64,000 bases of DNA from Thermomicrobia bacterium (lineage in GTDB: Bacteria > Chloroflexota > Chloroflexia > Thermomicrobiales > Thermomicrobiaceae), in contig JBDZVX010000002.1 of NCBI GenBank assembly GCA_040255925.1, forward strand, positions 17,232 through 81,231, given 5' to 3'. Each line of letters opens with the position of its first letter. Position 1 is the first letter of the stretch. A program made the position numbers and the translations under genes. Below are positions 30,695 to 40,408 of this stretch, piece after piece. The notes below the pieces were generated by a model, which was not told the origin of the DNA, did not search any database, and saw nothing but the letters and a program-made list of their open reading frames with translations.

Positions 30695-30703
30695 TGCTAT
30701 AAT
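30695..30703 (+). promoter_or_regulatory. Extended -10 promoter element upstream of ftsA
   Basis: TG-C-TATAAT ending 47 nt before the ftsA ATG. Confidence 0.55.
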
Positions 30704-30749
30704 GCGCACCAGCGCGGACTGACCATGAGGAATCCGTCGGCCACCGTGT

Positions 30750-32048
30750 ATGCCATCGGGCAGGAAGTCAGTAGTGACACCACCATCCCGATTTGTTGGC
30801 CTAGACATCGGGTCGACAACCATTACCGCCGTAGCAGCCGAGCAGCTTGACAGGGGAACCCTGACGCTTCTCGGATTCGAGATCGCGCCGAGTAGCGATA
30901 CTGCCACGGGGCGGATCCAACATCCAGCCGCATTAACCGGTGCCCTCCAGCAGGTACTGACGCGGATGCAGCGCTCAACCGGCCATCCGGTGGAGCGGGT
31001 AGCCCTTGCTATCCCCGGTATCAACATCGAAGCGATCGCCTCGTCAGCGGAACGGCGGTGGGAGACCGTTGAGCCGGTCGAGGCCGATCTCATCGAAGAA
31101 TTGAGGCGCCACGCCCTGCACGGGCCGAGCGTGTCCGGTCCGGTCCTGGCATCGGTACCGATTGCCTATGAAACCGATGGCAGGCGAACCACTGAGCCGC
31201 CAGTGGGTCAGCCCGCACGGTCACTCCGGGTGGAGGTCCAGACCTACGTCTTACCGGCCCGCTACGTGTCGCAGCTCGCGGAGGTTTTGACCGGTCTCGG
31301 CGTGACGCCGGACGTATTGGTCCCGCGCGCGCTCGCCGCGGCTGAGGCCGTGCTGCACGAAGACGAGCGCCACCAGAGCGTGCTGGTGATCGATATCGGC
31401 GGGACGAGCACCGATATTGCCGTATTCCTCAAGGGTCAGCTCCACGACCTGTTCTCCCTCCCGGTTGGGAGCCGGGCGATCACGAATGATATCTGCGCCG
31501 TTCTTGGGCTGCCCTTCCCCTCCGCGGAGCAACTCAAGCGCGCCGGATTCACGGACCGCCGGGGAGCCGGCAACACACTGGCCGTGCGGCGCAGTGCGGT
31601 CAATGCACCCATCGACGCGCGCACCATAGAGTTCGCACGGGAGATCGCGGAAGCCCGCCTACTTCAGGTATTCACGCGGATCCGCCAACGACTGAATGAG
31701 CAGGATCTCGCCCGGCGGTTATCGGCAGGGGCGGTGGTCACCGGCGGCGGGGCGCGGGTGGCGGGACTGGAACGGATCGCGCGCCGGGCGCTGGACATGC
31801 CGGTGCGTATTGGGACAGCACGCACCGGTAACGGACACGCGGCGGCGAACGGCCCTGAGGCGGCGGTGGCTGTTGGCGTCGTATCCGTTCAAGCCTGGTT
31901 CGGCCCGTTAGAGCACTCCGGGCATACCGGCGAACAACCGCCGGAGCAACCACCAGTGGAGGAACCACAAGGTCAGGAGCGCACCAGGAGGGGGCCAGCG
32001 TTAGCGCGATGGCTCCGCGAGTTTGTGCCGCTCGGGGACGAAGCCTAG
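30750..32048 (+). CDS. ftsA: Cell division protein FtsA (divergent)
   Basis: GLDIGS, VIDIGG..TDIAVF, VVTGGGA...GL and a C-terminal amphipathic WLREF. Precedes ftsZ. Confidence 0.88.
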   Translation: MPSGRKSVVTPPSRFVGLDIGSTTITAVAAEQLDRGTLTLLGFEIAPSSDTATGRIQHPAALTGALQQVLTRMQRSTGHPVERVALAIPGINIEAIASSAERRWETVEPVEADLIEELRRHALHGPSVSGPVLASVPIAYETDGRRTTEPPVGQPARSLRVEVQTYVLPARYVSQLAEVLTGLGVTPDVLVPRALAAAEAVLHEDERHQSVLVIDIGGTSTDIAVFLKGQLHDLFSLPVGSRAITNDICAVLGLPFPSAEQLKRAGFTDRRGAGNTLAVRRSAVNAPIDARTIEFAREIAEARLLQVFTRIRQRLNEQDLARRLSAGAVVTGGGARVAGLERIARRALDMPVRIGTARTGNGHAAANGPEAAVAVGVVSVQAWFGPLEHSGHTGEQPPEQPPVEEPQGQERTRRGPALARWLREFVPLGDEA

Positions 32049-32172
32049 GCGCGGGCGCCGGGTACTCTTTGCGGCAGTCGTTTGCGTGGGGCATACTTGC
32101 GCGACACGTGATTCTGGCCCGAAGGGGCTCAGCGGGGAAAGCCGCCGCCAGGTATGCTGGGGAGGAAACCGC

Positions 32173-33285
32173 ATGTTTAACGTCCATGACGACGATTTCG
32201 CTAATCATTTCGCCCGGATCAAGGTCGTCGGGGTCGGCGGCGCGGGGGGCAACGCGGTAAATCGAATGATCGCGACCGGTGTCGAGGGTGTCGAGTTCAT
32301 CTCGGTGAACACCGACTCCCAAGCGCTCGTCAACGCCCACAGTCCGGTCACGATCCGCATTGGCGACAAGCTCACCAAAGGGCTCGGCGCGGGAGGTCGG
32401 CCTGAGATCGGCGAACGTGCCGCAGAAGAGAGCCTCGACGCGTTGAGCGAGGTGGTCCGTGGGGCGGATATGGTCTTCATCACCTCCGGCATGGGAGGGG
32501 GCACCGGCACCGGCGCCTCGCCGATCGTCGCGCGGCTCGCCCGTGAGACCGGCGCGCTCACTGTCGGCGTGGTGACCCGGCCGTTCGACTTCGAAGGTGC
32601 CAAGCGGAAACGTGTCGCCGAAGAAGGGGTCGTCGCGCTCCGGGAACACGTCGACGCGCTGATCACCATTCCCAACCAGCGATTGATCAGCCTGGTCGAT
32701 CCCAAGACCCCGTTCTCGGAAGCGTTCCGCTTGGCCGATGACGTGCTCCGACATGGTATCCAGGGCATCTCAGATCTGATCATCAAGCCCGGTCTCATCA
32801 ATCTCGACTTCGCCGACGTCAAAACGATCATGCGCGACGCCGGTTCTGCTTTAATGGCGATCGGCCGGGGCAGCGGTGAGAGCCGGTGCGTGGACGCCGC
32901 GCGCATGGCGATTGAGAGCCCGCTGCTCGAAATGAGCATCGACGGCGCCACCGGCGTGCTCTACAACATCACCGGTGGTCAGGATATGTCGCTGAACGAG
33001 ATCAACGAGGCTGCCGAGATCATCCGATCCGCGGCCGACGAAGAGGCTGAGATCATCTTCGGCGCCACGACCGACGAGTCGATGGGCCGCGATGTCCAGA
33101 TAACCCTGATCGCGACCGGGTTCCAGGGTACGCCGCAGCGCCGGCCCCGTGCCGAGCGCCGGTTCCGTCCGACGGATACATCAAGCAGCCGCAACGAGCC
33201 GGCCCCGGCAAGGACGCCGATCATGTCGTCGCAGGACGACGAGTGGTCCGAGCCGGCGATCCTTCGCTTCCTGCGGGAGCGCTAG
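32173..33285 (+). CDS. ftsZ: Cell division protein FtsZ
   Basis: [35 protein letters not shown]-terminal conserved peptide. GGAGG RBS before the ATG at 32173. Confidence 0.97.
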   Translation: MFNVHDDDFANHFARIKVVGVGGAGGNAVNRMIATGVEGVEFISVNTDSQALVNAHSPVTIRIGDKLTKGLGAGGRPEIGERAAEESLDALSEVVRGADMVFITSGMGGGTGTGASPIVARLARETGALTVGVVTRPFDFEGAKRKRVAEEGVVALREHVDALITIPNQRLISLVDPKTPFSEAFRLADDVLRHGIQGISDLIIKPGLINLDFADVKTIMRDAGSALMAIGRGSGESRCVDAARMAIESPLLEMSIDGATGVLYNITGGQDMSLNEINEAAEIIRSAADEEAEIIFGATTDESMGRDVQITLIATGFQGTPQRRPRAERRFRPTDTSSSRNEPAPARTPIMSSQDDEWSEPAILRFLRER

Positions 33286-33297
33286 GAAGACCCGGAT

Positions 33298-33774
33298 ATG
33301 CGCTGCCCCTTTTGCCAGGCACGGGACTCGCGGGTAGTTGACTCAAGAGAACTGGGCAGCGGTGAGAGCATCCGCCGGCGCCGGGAATGTGCCGCCTGTG
33401 GCCGCCGGTTCACGACCTACGAACGGGTCGAATCCGGCGGGCTCATGGTGGTGAAACGCGACGGGCGCCGGGAGGAGTTTGATGCGCGAAAGCTTCGTGA
33501 CAAGCTCCGGATCGCCCTCACCAAGCGGCCGGTCGCGCAGGGTGAGATCGACCGGATCATAACCACTGTCGAGACGGAACTGCTGGCGATGGGGACCGTT
33601 GAGGTTCCAAGCACGGCCATCGGTGAGATCGTCCTCCGGGAACTGAAGCAGGTGGACGAGGTTGCCTATATCCGGTTCGCCTCCGTGTACCGGAGCTTCG
33701 CCGATCTCCAGGACTTGCGGCGGGAGATGGATGTCCTGAGCGGGACGCTGGACAAGCCGGAACGCTCCGGGTAG
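33298..33774 (+). CDS. nrdR: Transcriptional repressor NrdR
   Basis: MRCPFC...SRVVDSR...IRRRREC..C..RFTTYE, ATP-cone, VAYIRFASVY. Confidence 0.96.
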   Translation: MRCPFCQARDSRVVDSRELGSGESIRRRRECAACGRRFTTYERVESGGLMVVKRDGRREEFDARKLRDKLRIALTKRPVAQGEIDRIITTVETELLAMGTVEVPSTAIGEIVLRELKQVDEVAYIRFASVYRSFADLQDLRREMDVLSGTLDKPERSG

Positions 33775-33791
33775 CCACGACGGGTCCAGCC

Positions 33792-35039
33792 ATGCATCCT
33801 GCTCCCCACCCCACGCTAACGATCCGTTCCGAGGAGGGCAGTCCCCTCAACCAGCTTCTCTACACCAACCAGGGGCAGCCTGCGTTCCGCTATCTTCCCG
33901 CGCGCTTCCAGGTGGTCGTAACCGCCGGCACCCTTCGATCGTCGAAAGCGGGATCTGCCGGCGCCCGGATCGAGCTACCGGCTGGCTGGCGCGCGATTCC
34001 AAGCCTCGATCAGCCGATCCCGGATCAGGATTCGTCCGTGATCTGGACAGTCATCCCCATTGGTCAGCCGGATGATTTCACGGCCGATATCCGGGTGCGA
34101 ATCAGCGACGGAACGGGACCGGTCGCGTTACTCACGGCACCCCTGGCGATTGAAATCCAAGGCTATAGCCAGTTCGATCCCGTACGGCATGGACTACCCT
34201 GGACGAATAGCGTCAGCGAGATCGGCGAGATCCGCCCAACCGCCGGGATCTTCGCGCGGACATTCGACGCGAGCTTCCTTCCAGCGTCATTCTTCGCCGG
34301 GCTCTACCGCGCGATCGTCTTCATCGGCGCCGGTCCCGGCCAGCATCAGGGAGGTCTGTGCACCGGCATGGCCCGGACGGCACTGGAGCAAAGCCTGAAC
34401 GCTCGTCAGAGCGGGAGCGCGGTCACGCACGATGAGGTGATCCTGCTCCACGGCCGGCAGCTCAGCGATCGCGCGCTCCTCGCCTCCTCACCCTGGTTCT
34501 TCGCACCCAGTCCACGCCGGGCCTTCGAACGGTTCAAGGCGAGCATCCTCGACACTGGCCGGAGCGAGGTCTGCTTCGATATCGGCGTTCCCCGCCCCTG
34601 GAGACTGGATATCCCCCAGGCATTGGTCCAACTCGGCCACACCGTCGTCCCCTACGCGTTCCGGCAAGCGAGCCGGGATCAGGCCGAGGTGATGATCTAT
34701 GACCCCAACCGCCCCGCCGAATCGCGGGCCGGACAAACCACCATCCTTTTCGACCTGCGCGATGACCGCTACGAGTACGAGCCGTGGGCGCACCGCGATG
34801 ACCGCTCGATTACCGTAATCGCGGCGCCTCAGGCTGCCTACCGGAACGGCCGGACAGCGTTCCTCGCCAGCGCCGCCAGCCTGATCCTCTACCCGCGCTC
34901 GATCACGCGGAGCCGCCCGCTGCTCCGGCGGCGGGGTCTTCCAGCACTGGCACTTGCGGCCACGATCACCGTTGGGTTGGGGCTGCTCTACCGGCGGCGG
35001 AAACAGCCGGACGTCGGGCATTCGCCGGTAGCCCGATGA
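33792..35039 (+). CDS. Hypothetical C-terminally membrane-anchored protein with a putative papain-like Cys/His/Asp triad
   Basis: GLCTGMA...GHTVVPYA...IYDPN in that order. C-terminal hydrophobic helix followed by RRRK. Confidence 0.6.
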   Translation: MHPAPHPTLTIRSEEGSPLNQLLYTNQGQPAFRYLPARFQVVVTAGTLRSSKAGSAGARIELPAGWRAIPSLDQPIPDQDSSVIWTVIPIGQPDDFTADIRVRISDGTGPVALLTAPLAIEIQGYSQFDPVRHGLPWTNSVSEIGEIRPTAGIFARTFDASFLPASFFAGLYRAIVFIGAGPGQHQGGLCTGMARTALEQSLNARQSGSAVTHDEVILLHGRQLSDRALLASSPWFFAPSPRRAFERFKASILDTGRSEVCFDIGVPRPWRLDIPQALVQLGHTVVPYAFRQASRDQAEVMIYDPNRPAESRAGQTTILFDLRDDRYEYEPWAHRDDRSITVIAAPQAAYRNGRTAFLASAASLILYPRSITRSRPLLRRRGLPALALAATITVGLGLLYRRRKQPDVGHSPVAR

Positions 35040-35040
35040 G

Positions 35041-35331
35041 CTAGCGGACCTCCCAGAAGACGTCCACACTCCCGTCCACTCCCCGCCCCTCGACCAGCAC
35101 CGTGTAACGGCCACCCCTCCCAACCGGCAGCGTGACACGATCCTCGCCATCGTCAGCCAGCACCACCCGCCAGGCGGCGAGGCCATCCGGCGCGCGAACG
35201 ACAATGGATAGACTCCCGGCGCGCACTCGCGCGACGTACTGGAGCGCGATCACCCCGCCGGGCGCGGCCAGGAATTCGCCGCGGCTGACTCCGGTGAGCG
35301 ACCCCTGATGGGAGATATTCCCCTGGTACAC
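35041..35331 (-). CDS. Hypothetical beta-rich small protein, possibly 5'-truncated
   Basis: Plausible protein-like composition. Only a GTG start with no clear RBS; the frame stays open to about 35373 without an ATG. Confidence 0.35.
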   Translation of the reverse strand: MYQGNISHQGSLTGVSRGEFLAAPGGVIALQYVARVRAGSLSIVVRAPDGLAAWRVVLADDGEDRVTLPVGRGGRYTVLVEGRGVDGSVDVFWEVR

Positions 35332-35589
35332 GGCACACCATCCATTCAGCTCGGACCAGGCCGTCTCCCGGCATCAAGCAGCATATGTGCCGGGCGCGGC
35401 GGGTATCGACGCGCTTTGAATGCGATCTCGGAGAGCCATTCAGGGAGAGAAGAACGAACCCGTAGCTGGAACGGGTGCGGGGGCAGGCCGTGGCACGTGT
35501 TGCGATCATTCGAGCACGATCAGGACGCGACCGACATCCACGGCCCTGCGGAAACCGTATTGATCGAAGGAGCAGCGGCAGACGAAAGC

Positions 35590-35916
35590 TTAGCTCAGAT
35601 ACTTGTTGATCGACTGCAACAGCCGCTGCTTCGGCTGGGCACCGATGATCCGCTCGACTGCCTTCCCATCCTTGTAGAGCACCAGCGTCGGAATACTCGT
35701 AATGCCAAGCTGCATGGCAGTCTGCTGATTCTCATCGACGTTGACCTTCGCTACCTTGAGCGAACCTTCCTTCTCGTTCGCGATCTCATCGAGTATCGGG
35801 GCAACGATCCGGCACGGACCGCACCATACCGCCCAAAAATCGACGAGCACCGGAACTTTGGACTCCAGCACTTCCTTCGTGAACGTGCTGTCGGTGACGG
35901 TTACGGACTTCGGCAT
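35590..35916 (-). CDS. trxA: Thioredoxin
   Basis: [13 protein letters not shown] and SIPTL. AAGGAG upstream of the ATG at 35916. Confidence 0.95.
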   Translation of the reverse strand: MPKSVTVTDSTFTKEVLESKVPVLVDFWAVWCGPCRIVAPILDEIANEKEGSLKVAKVNVDENQQTAMQLGITSIPTLVLYKDGKAVERIIGAQPKQRLLQSINKYLS

Positions 35917-36059
35917 CCTCGTGACTCCTTTATTCTGTTCCACCCGCATGCCGCCGATGCGGACCGCTACAATCCGGAACAACGCGGGGTAATCCCGCTA
36001 TTCCACCCGGCATGGTGGCATCAGAAGTGTACAAACACCTCTGTTATAATCCTCGCGAC

Positions 36060-37256
36060 ATGGATACCAATCGGAACCGGATCGGCCTGGATGGCCTCTT
36101 TCTCCATCAGCCTATCACAGGGAGCGGGCAGTATACGCTGCACCTGTGGCATTCGCTATCCAGCGCCGGGGCTGATCTCGACCCGGTCCTGCTCCTACCG
36201 GACGATAGCGGCGAATCGGGCTCCGCCGAACCCGGTGGCCTTGTGATTCCACCACCCCGCTGGGCCCGTAACGCGAAGGCGCGAAAGCTGTGGTGGGAGC
36301 AGCGCGGCGTGGTCGAAGCCGCGCGGCGGGCACGAATCCACCTGCTGCATACTCCCTATTTCTCCAGCCCACTCCTCTCGCCGGTCGCGGGGATCACCAC
36401 CATCCACGATGTCATCCCGCTCATCTTCCCGATTTATGCCGAGTCGCTCGTGATGCGGATGTACCTTCGGCTGACCGGCTCGGCCGTCCGGCGCGCCAGA
36501 GCGGTCATCACCGATTCCAACTGTTCCCGCCGCGACATCGCCCATTGGCTCCGGATTCCCCAGGAGCGGATTCATGTTATCCCACTTGCCGCCGACGAAC
36601 GATTCCACCCGGCACACGATCCGGAATCCGACCAGAGACTCCGATCCCGTTTCAGCCTGCCGGGGCCGGTCATCTTCAACGTCGGCGGCTTGGACGCGCG
36701 CAAGAACCTTGCCGTTCTCGTGGAGGCATTCGCCCGGGCGCTCCCCCAACTCAACCCGGACACCCGCCTCGTGATCGCCGGTCGCGCCCATTCCGGCAAC
36801 GAGCGGTTGTATCCATCGCTGGAGCCGGTGATCCGGGTGTGGGGAGTGCGGGATCAGGTGATCCTAACCGGCGCGATCAGTGAAGAGGAGAAGCTTGGCC
36901 TTTACCGCCTGGCCGATCTCTACATCTTCCCATCGCTCTACGAAGGGTTCGGCCTCTCGCCACTAGAAGCCATGGCCTGTGGTACCCCGGTGATCGCATC
37001 GAACCGCTCCAGCCTCCCGGAAGTCGTCGGCAACGGCGGACTCCTGGTCGACCCAACGCCGGCGAAGCTCGCCGCGGCGATGATCCCGGTCCTGACCGAT
37101 CAGGATCTGCGCGATGATATGGCGCGCCGTGCGCTCGATCAAGCGGCCCGCTTTTCCTGGCGGAAGGCCGGGGAGATGACCTGCTCGGTCTACCGCGATG
37201 TGCTCTCCGCCGATCGGAACGAGCCGCCGCGACCGGCTCCCGGCCCCCCACGATAG
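36060..37256 (+). CDS. Glycosyltransferase family 4 (GT-B)
   Basis: TIHDVIP, RKNL..L, FPSLYEGFGLSPLEAMACGTPV, FSW. Confidence 0.92.
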   Translation: MDTNRNRIGLDGLFLHQPITGSGQYTLHLWHSLSSAGADLDPVLLLPDDSGESGSAEPGGLVIPPPRWARNAKARKLWWEQRGVVEAARRARIHLLHTPYFSSPLLSPVAGITTIHDVIPLIFPIYAESLVMRMYLRLTGSAVRRARAVITDSNCSRRDIAHWLRIPQERIHVIPLAADERFHPAHDPESDQRLRSRFSLPGPVIFNVGGLDARKNLAVLVEAFARALPQLNPDTRLVIAGRAHSGNERLYPSLEPVIRVWGVRDQVILTGAISEEEKLGLYRLADLYIFPSLYEGFGLSPLEAMACGTPVIASNRSSLPEVVGNGGLLVDPTPAKLAAAMIPVLTDQDLRDDMARRALDQAARFSWRKAGEMTCSVYRDVLSADRNEPPRPAPGPPR

Positions 37257-37412
37257 CACCCTGAGTCTTCGCTAAATAGCACGCCCTAACCTAACAATCG
37301 TACCTTCCGGAAGGATTCCACTCGGATATTGCGTGACCCCAGTGGTCGAAGCTGGTATCCTTGGCAACCCCGGGGAAGGGAACTCGCGCGGCGCGAACGA
37401 AGGGAAGGGAAA

Positions 37413-38375
37413 ATGCTCCGCACGAGACTGTACCGCGCCACCGTGTGCGGTCTGAGCCTCCTTGCGTTGGTGCTCCAGACCGGAGTAGCGGCAGCAGCGG
37501 GGGACTCAGGAACCGCCGGGTGGCCTACCGGCTGGCCGGATGATCGCGGCGTACGCCAGGCCGCGGGAAGCCCGGCCGACCAATGGAGGGACAACCAGTG
37601 GTCGAGGAACGACAGCCGCGAGCAGTATCCTGGCTATGATCTCGTGGACGACTGGGGGGACAACCAGTGGTCCGGAGACAGCGGCGCTCCGCAAACCACA
37701 AGCGATCCAGCGGATAATTGGTGGGACAGCCAGTGGTCCGGAACTGACGGTGCTCCGCAAACCGAAAGCGATTCAGCGGGCAACTGGTGGGACGAATGGT
37801 GTGATCGATGGTTCAACCATCCGTTCTTCCAGGACGACTCCCCGGAATCGCCGGAACCGTCAGCGTCACCTGGGCCGAGTACATCGCCAGGGCCGTCAAC
37901 GTCTCCTGAGCCGAGTACGTCACCGGAACCATCCACGTCTCCTAAGCCAAGTCCTTCGCCATCTACTGCCCCGGCGAGTGGAGACTTGGCAGGCCAGCTT
38001 GCGGACCTCCTCAATAAGGCGCGAGCTGAGCAGGGACTGGAACCGTTGACCCGCGACTCAAGCGTGGACCAGGTCGCTACGCACCGAAGCCAAGATATGG
38101 CGGACCGTGGCTACTTCAGTCATACGACACCAGACGGGACAGATGTGTACGATGAACTGGAGACCGCGGGCATCGCGTTCACCGCGGCGGGCGAGATCAT
38201 TGCCGAGAATACCTATCCGGTCGACCGAGCCGCCGCGATCGCTGCCGATGGGCTCCTGAACAGCCCCGGACACCGGGCCATCATTCTCGACCCGAACTAC
38301 ACGAAGTTCGGTGTCGGCGATGCCACCGACAGCAACGGGATGCATATCTTCACCGGAGTCTATATCCGGGATTGA
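37413..38375 (+). CDS. Secreted CAP (SCP-like) domain protein with Trp-rich repeats and a Ser/Pro/Thr linker
   Basis: Signal peptide ending AAA, three ~22-aa W-rich repeats, SP(G/E)PST repeats, then a CAP domain (N.AR..GL.PL, SQDM...YFSH, GEIIA, SPGHRAIIL). Confidence 0.85.
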   Translation: MLRTRLYRATVCGLSLLALVLQTGVAAAAGDSGTAGWPTGWPDDRGVRQAAGSPADQWRDNQWSRNDSREQYPGYDLVDDWGDNQWSGDSGAPQTTSDPADNWWDSQWSGTDGAPQTESDSAGNWWDEWCDRWFNHPFFQDDSPESPEPSASPGPSTSPGPSTSPEPSTSPEPSTSPKPSPSPSTAPASGDLAGQLADLLNKARAEQGLEPLTRDSSVDQVATHRSQDMADRGYFSHTTPDGTDVYDELETAGIAFTAAGEIIAENTYPVDRAAAIAADGLLNSPGHRAIILDPNYTKFGVGDATDSNGMHIFTGVYIRD

Positions 38376-38412
38376 CGCCATACGTTCCTAACGTCGCGCA
38401 GATCCCTCCCCG

Positions 38413-38440
38413 CACACCCGCTCGGATTTCCGGGCGGGTG
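38413..38440. terminator. Hairpin family copy 4, identical to copy 2 over 28 nt
   Basis: CACACCCGCTCGGATTTCCGGGCGGGTG equals 29488-29515. Confidence 0.75.
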
Positions 38441-38959
38441 CTGTGTTGAAACTCGGTGATGGAACCCCTCTCCGGGGCGCGACTGGCCGGACAACGACGG
38501 AAGATTACAGATCGTATCGATCAGCGTATCAGAAACCGCAATCCCGGCAGTCCTGGCATAAAGCTCGCGGGCGGTCGAACCGGAAGACCGCGAAGTACGA
38601 GCTCATAAACAAGGATCGCTAACCAGGATCGTTCAGGGCTACCCCATTGAAGCCGGGCACGGAAAGTAGCGCTGCACCGGGTAATTATTCCGCGCGAGGG
38701 GGGTAACGATGATAATCGACGCCCTGGCAAAAACCGTTCGCCAGTTCGGGCGACGCTGTGCGCAAACGCCGCTTCGCGGTTTTCTGGATGGATGCCTCTG
38801 GAAGAGCACCACGTGGAGATCTAGCCCGGTGACGGCGCAAACCTAGCCTTCGAAACGGGGATCATAAGTGAATATGAGAATAGTCGAGGAAGACCGGCAG
38901 CGGAATCTCCGGCGTTGCCGGAACAAGCACCTGCGGAGATACGCGAAGGGAGCCAGCGC

Positions 38960-39514
38960 ATGCGCCCAACGAGCAACTTTCGCATCCTCGCCTTGAGCCT
39001 GGGGCTCCTCATCGTTCTGTTGATCCCCGGTTCAGCGTTAGCCGCTGGGTTTCCTATGCCCGGCTGGTGGGGAGACGATATGGACTTCGCGCACAGCTTC
39101 CCAGGCCAACCCGCTCCGGCAGATCTCGCCGGCCAGCTTGCGACCGATCTCAATAACGCTCGTGCCCAGCACGGGCTTCGGCCACTGGCCCGTTCCGCTG
39201 TGTTGGATCGGATCGCGGCAGCCAGATCCCAGGACATGGTGAATCTCCACTATTTCAGCCACACGACGCCGAGCGGGACCACGGTGCTCAAATCGTTGCG
39301 AAGCCAGGGCGTCAGGTTCCGAAAGGCCGGCGAGGTGATCACCGAGAATGAATACCCGGGAGATCAGAGCGCCGCGACAGCCGAGGAGAGCCTTCTTAAC
39401 AGCGCCGAACACCGAGCCGTTATCCTCGATCCGAACTACTCCGCGTTCGGTGTTGGTGAGGCGACCAACGACGCCGGGATGCACATCTTCACCGCAGTGT
39501 ATATTCAGAGGTAA
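38960..39514 (+). CDS. Secreted CAP (SCP-like) domain protein, paralog of the upstream gene
   Basis: Signal peptide ending ALA. The CAP domain closely matches the C-terminus of 37413-38375 (DLAGQLA..LN.ARA, YFSHTTP.GT, ILDPNY..FGVG.AT, GMHIFT.VYI). Confidence 0.87.
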   Translation: MRPTSNFRILALSLGLLIVLLIPGSALAAGFPMPGWWGDDMDFAHSFPGQPAPADLAGQLATDLNNARAQHGLRPLARSAVLDRIAAARSQDMVNLHYFSHTTPSGTTVLKSLRSQGVRFRKAGEVITENEYPGDQSAATAEESLLNSAEHRAVILDPNYSAFGVGEATNDAGMHIFTAVYIQR

Positions 39515-39802
39515 GGCTTAAACATCTCGACCTTGGAATGATCCGGGATGACGCCGCGACGATGCCGGGGACCAGCACCACCTGATCGACGCACCGGCCG
39601 TCGCATTCAACCCGTACTTCATACTTGACTCCCCCGCAACCGTTTAAGCTCCTATAGTAACGGGTATGCCCCGCTTAGGTGGGAAACCCATAGGTCATTG
39701 AGGGATGTGGAGTTAGCGGTTACTGGGGAAACTGGGTGTGATCAGCCTCCGCGTGCGAATCAGGCCAAAAAATCCGCGGGACACCTGGATGCTCGTATGG
39801 TC

Positions 39803-39831
39803 TTGACAGTCAGAGGCGCAAGCCATACGAT
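39803..39831 (+). promoter_or_regulatory. sigma70-type promoter of the cupin-methyltransferase pair
   Basis: TTGACA-17 nt-TACGAT. Confidence 0.65.
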
Positions 39832-39856
39832 AATCCTGACTAAAACCGTCGGATTT
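39832..39856. promoter_or_regulatory. Imperfect palindrome resembling an Rrf2-family (IscR type-1-like) operator
   Basis: AATCCTGACTAAAACCGTCGGATTT immediately after the -10 element. Confidence 0.4.
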
Positions 39857-39976
39857 CACTTGGGCCGTGATACGCGTTCAAGACCGTACCGATCCGACTC
39901 GGTATGGAGAACAGCTCGCTCGGATTTTGTGAAGAGAGATTACCCTTAAGAATCGTGGACAAGGAGGGGCAGAGCC

Positions 39977-40372
39977 TTGGATATCATCCACATCGGTTTT
40001 CAACCTGTCCGGAAAGCGCCGTTCCCGAACGGCCCTAGTGTTGAGATCCTGGCCGAACAACTCCCGATTGAAGGGAGAAAGATTGCCGCCGCACACGTGC
40101 ATTTGCCACCCGGCAGTATGATGCCGCCTCACGCTCACGGCGAATCCGAAGCCATTGTCACGCCGCTGAATGGACAAGTGGTGCTCGCCAGTGACGACCA
40201 ACACGAAGTCCTTGAGCCGGGAATGATCGCAATGATCGCGATTGGAGAAAAGGTCCGTGTGGAGAACGCCACGTCGGAGCCGGTGTCGTTGCTCGCGGTG
40301 TTCGCCCCGACCAGCTTCATCACCGCCCTAGCTTCCTGGCCGATTACGGACGCAGACAACTCTACGCCATGA
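39977..40372 (+). CDS. Cupin domain protein
   Basis: PG..MPPHAH..SE...G.V...LEPG motif. AAGGAGG RBS before the TTG. Confidence 0.8.
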   Translation: MDIIHIGFQPVRKAPFPNGPSVEILAEQLPIEGRKIAAAHVHLPPGSMMPPHAHGESEAIVTPLNGQVVLASDDQHEVLEPGMIAMIAIGEKVRVENATSEPVSLLAVFAPTSFITALASWPITDADNSTP

Positions 40373-40408
40373 CGACGACGAGAACCACCACGGAAGGACG
40401 GACGTGCC

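Noticed and set aside
38550..38850. Further GG-N10-GC motifs upstream of the second CAP gene
   Set aside because: Poor match at the -12 element (CTCGC, CTAGC), as expected by chance.
38780..38959. c-di-GMP riboswitch upstream of the second CAP gene (GCAAAC...GAAA...GG)
   Set aside because: The second stem and the conserved downstream nucleotides of the class I aptamer could not be found. An Infernal scan would be needed.
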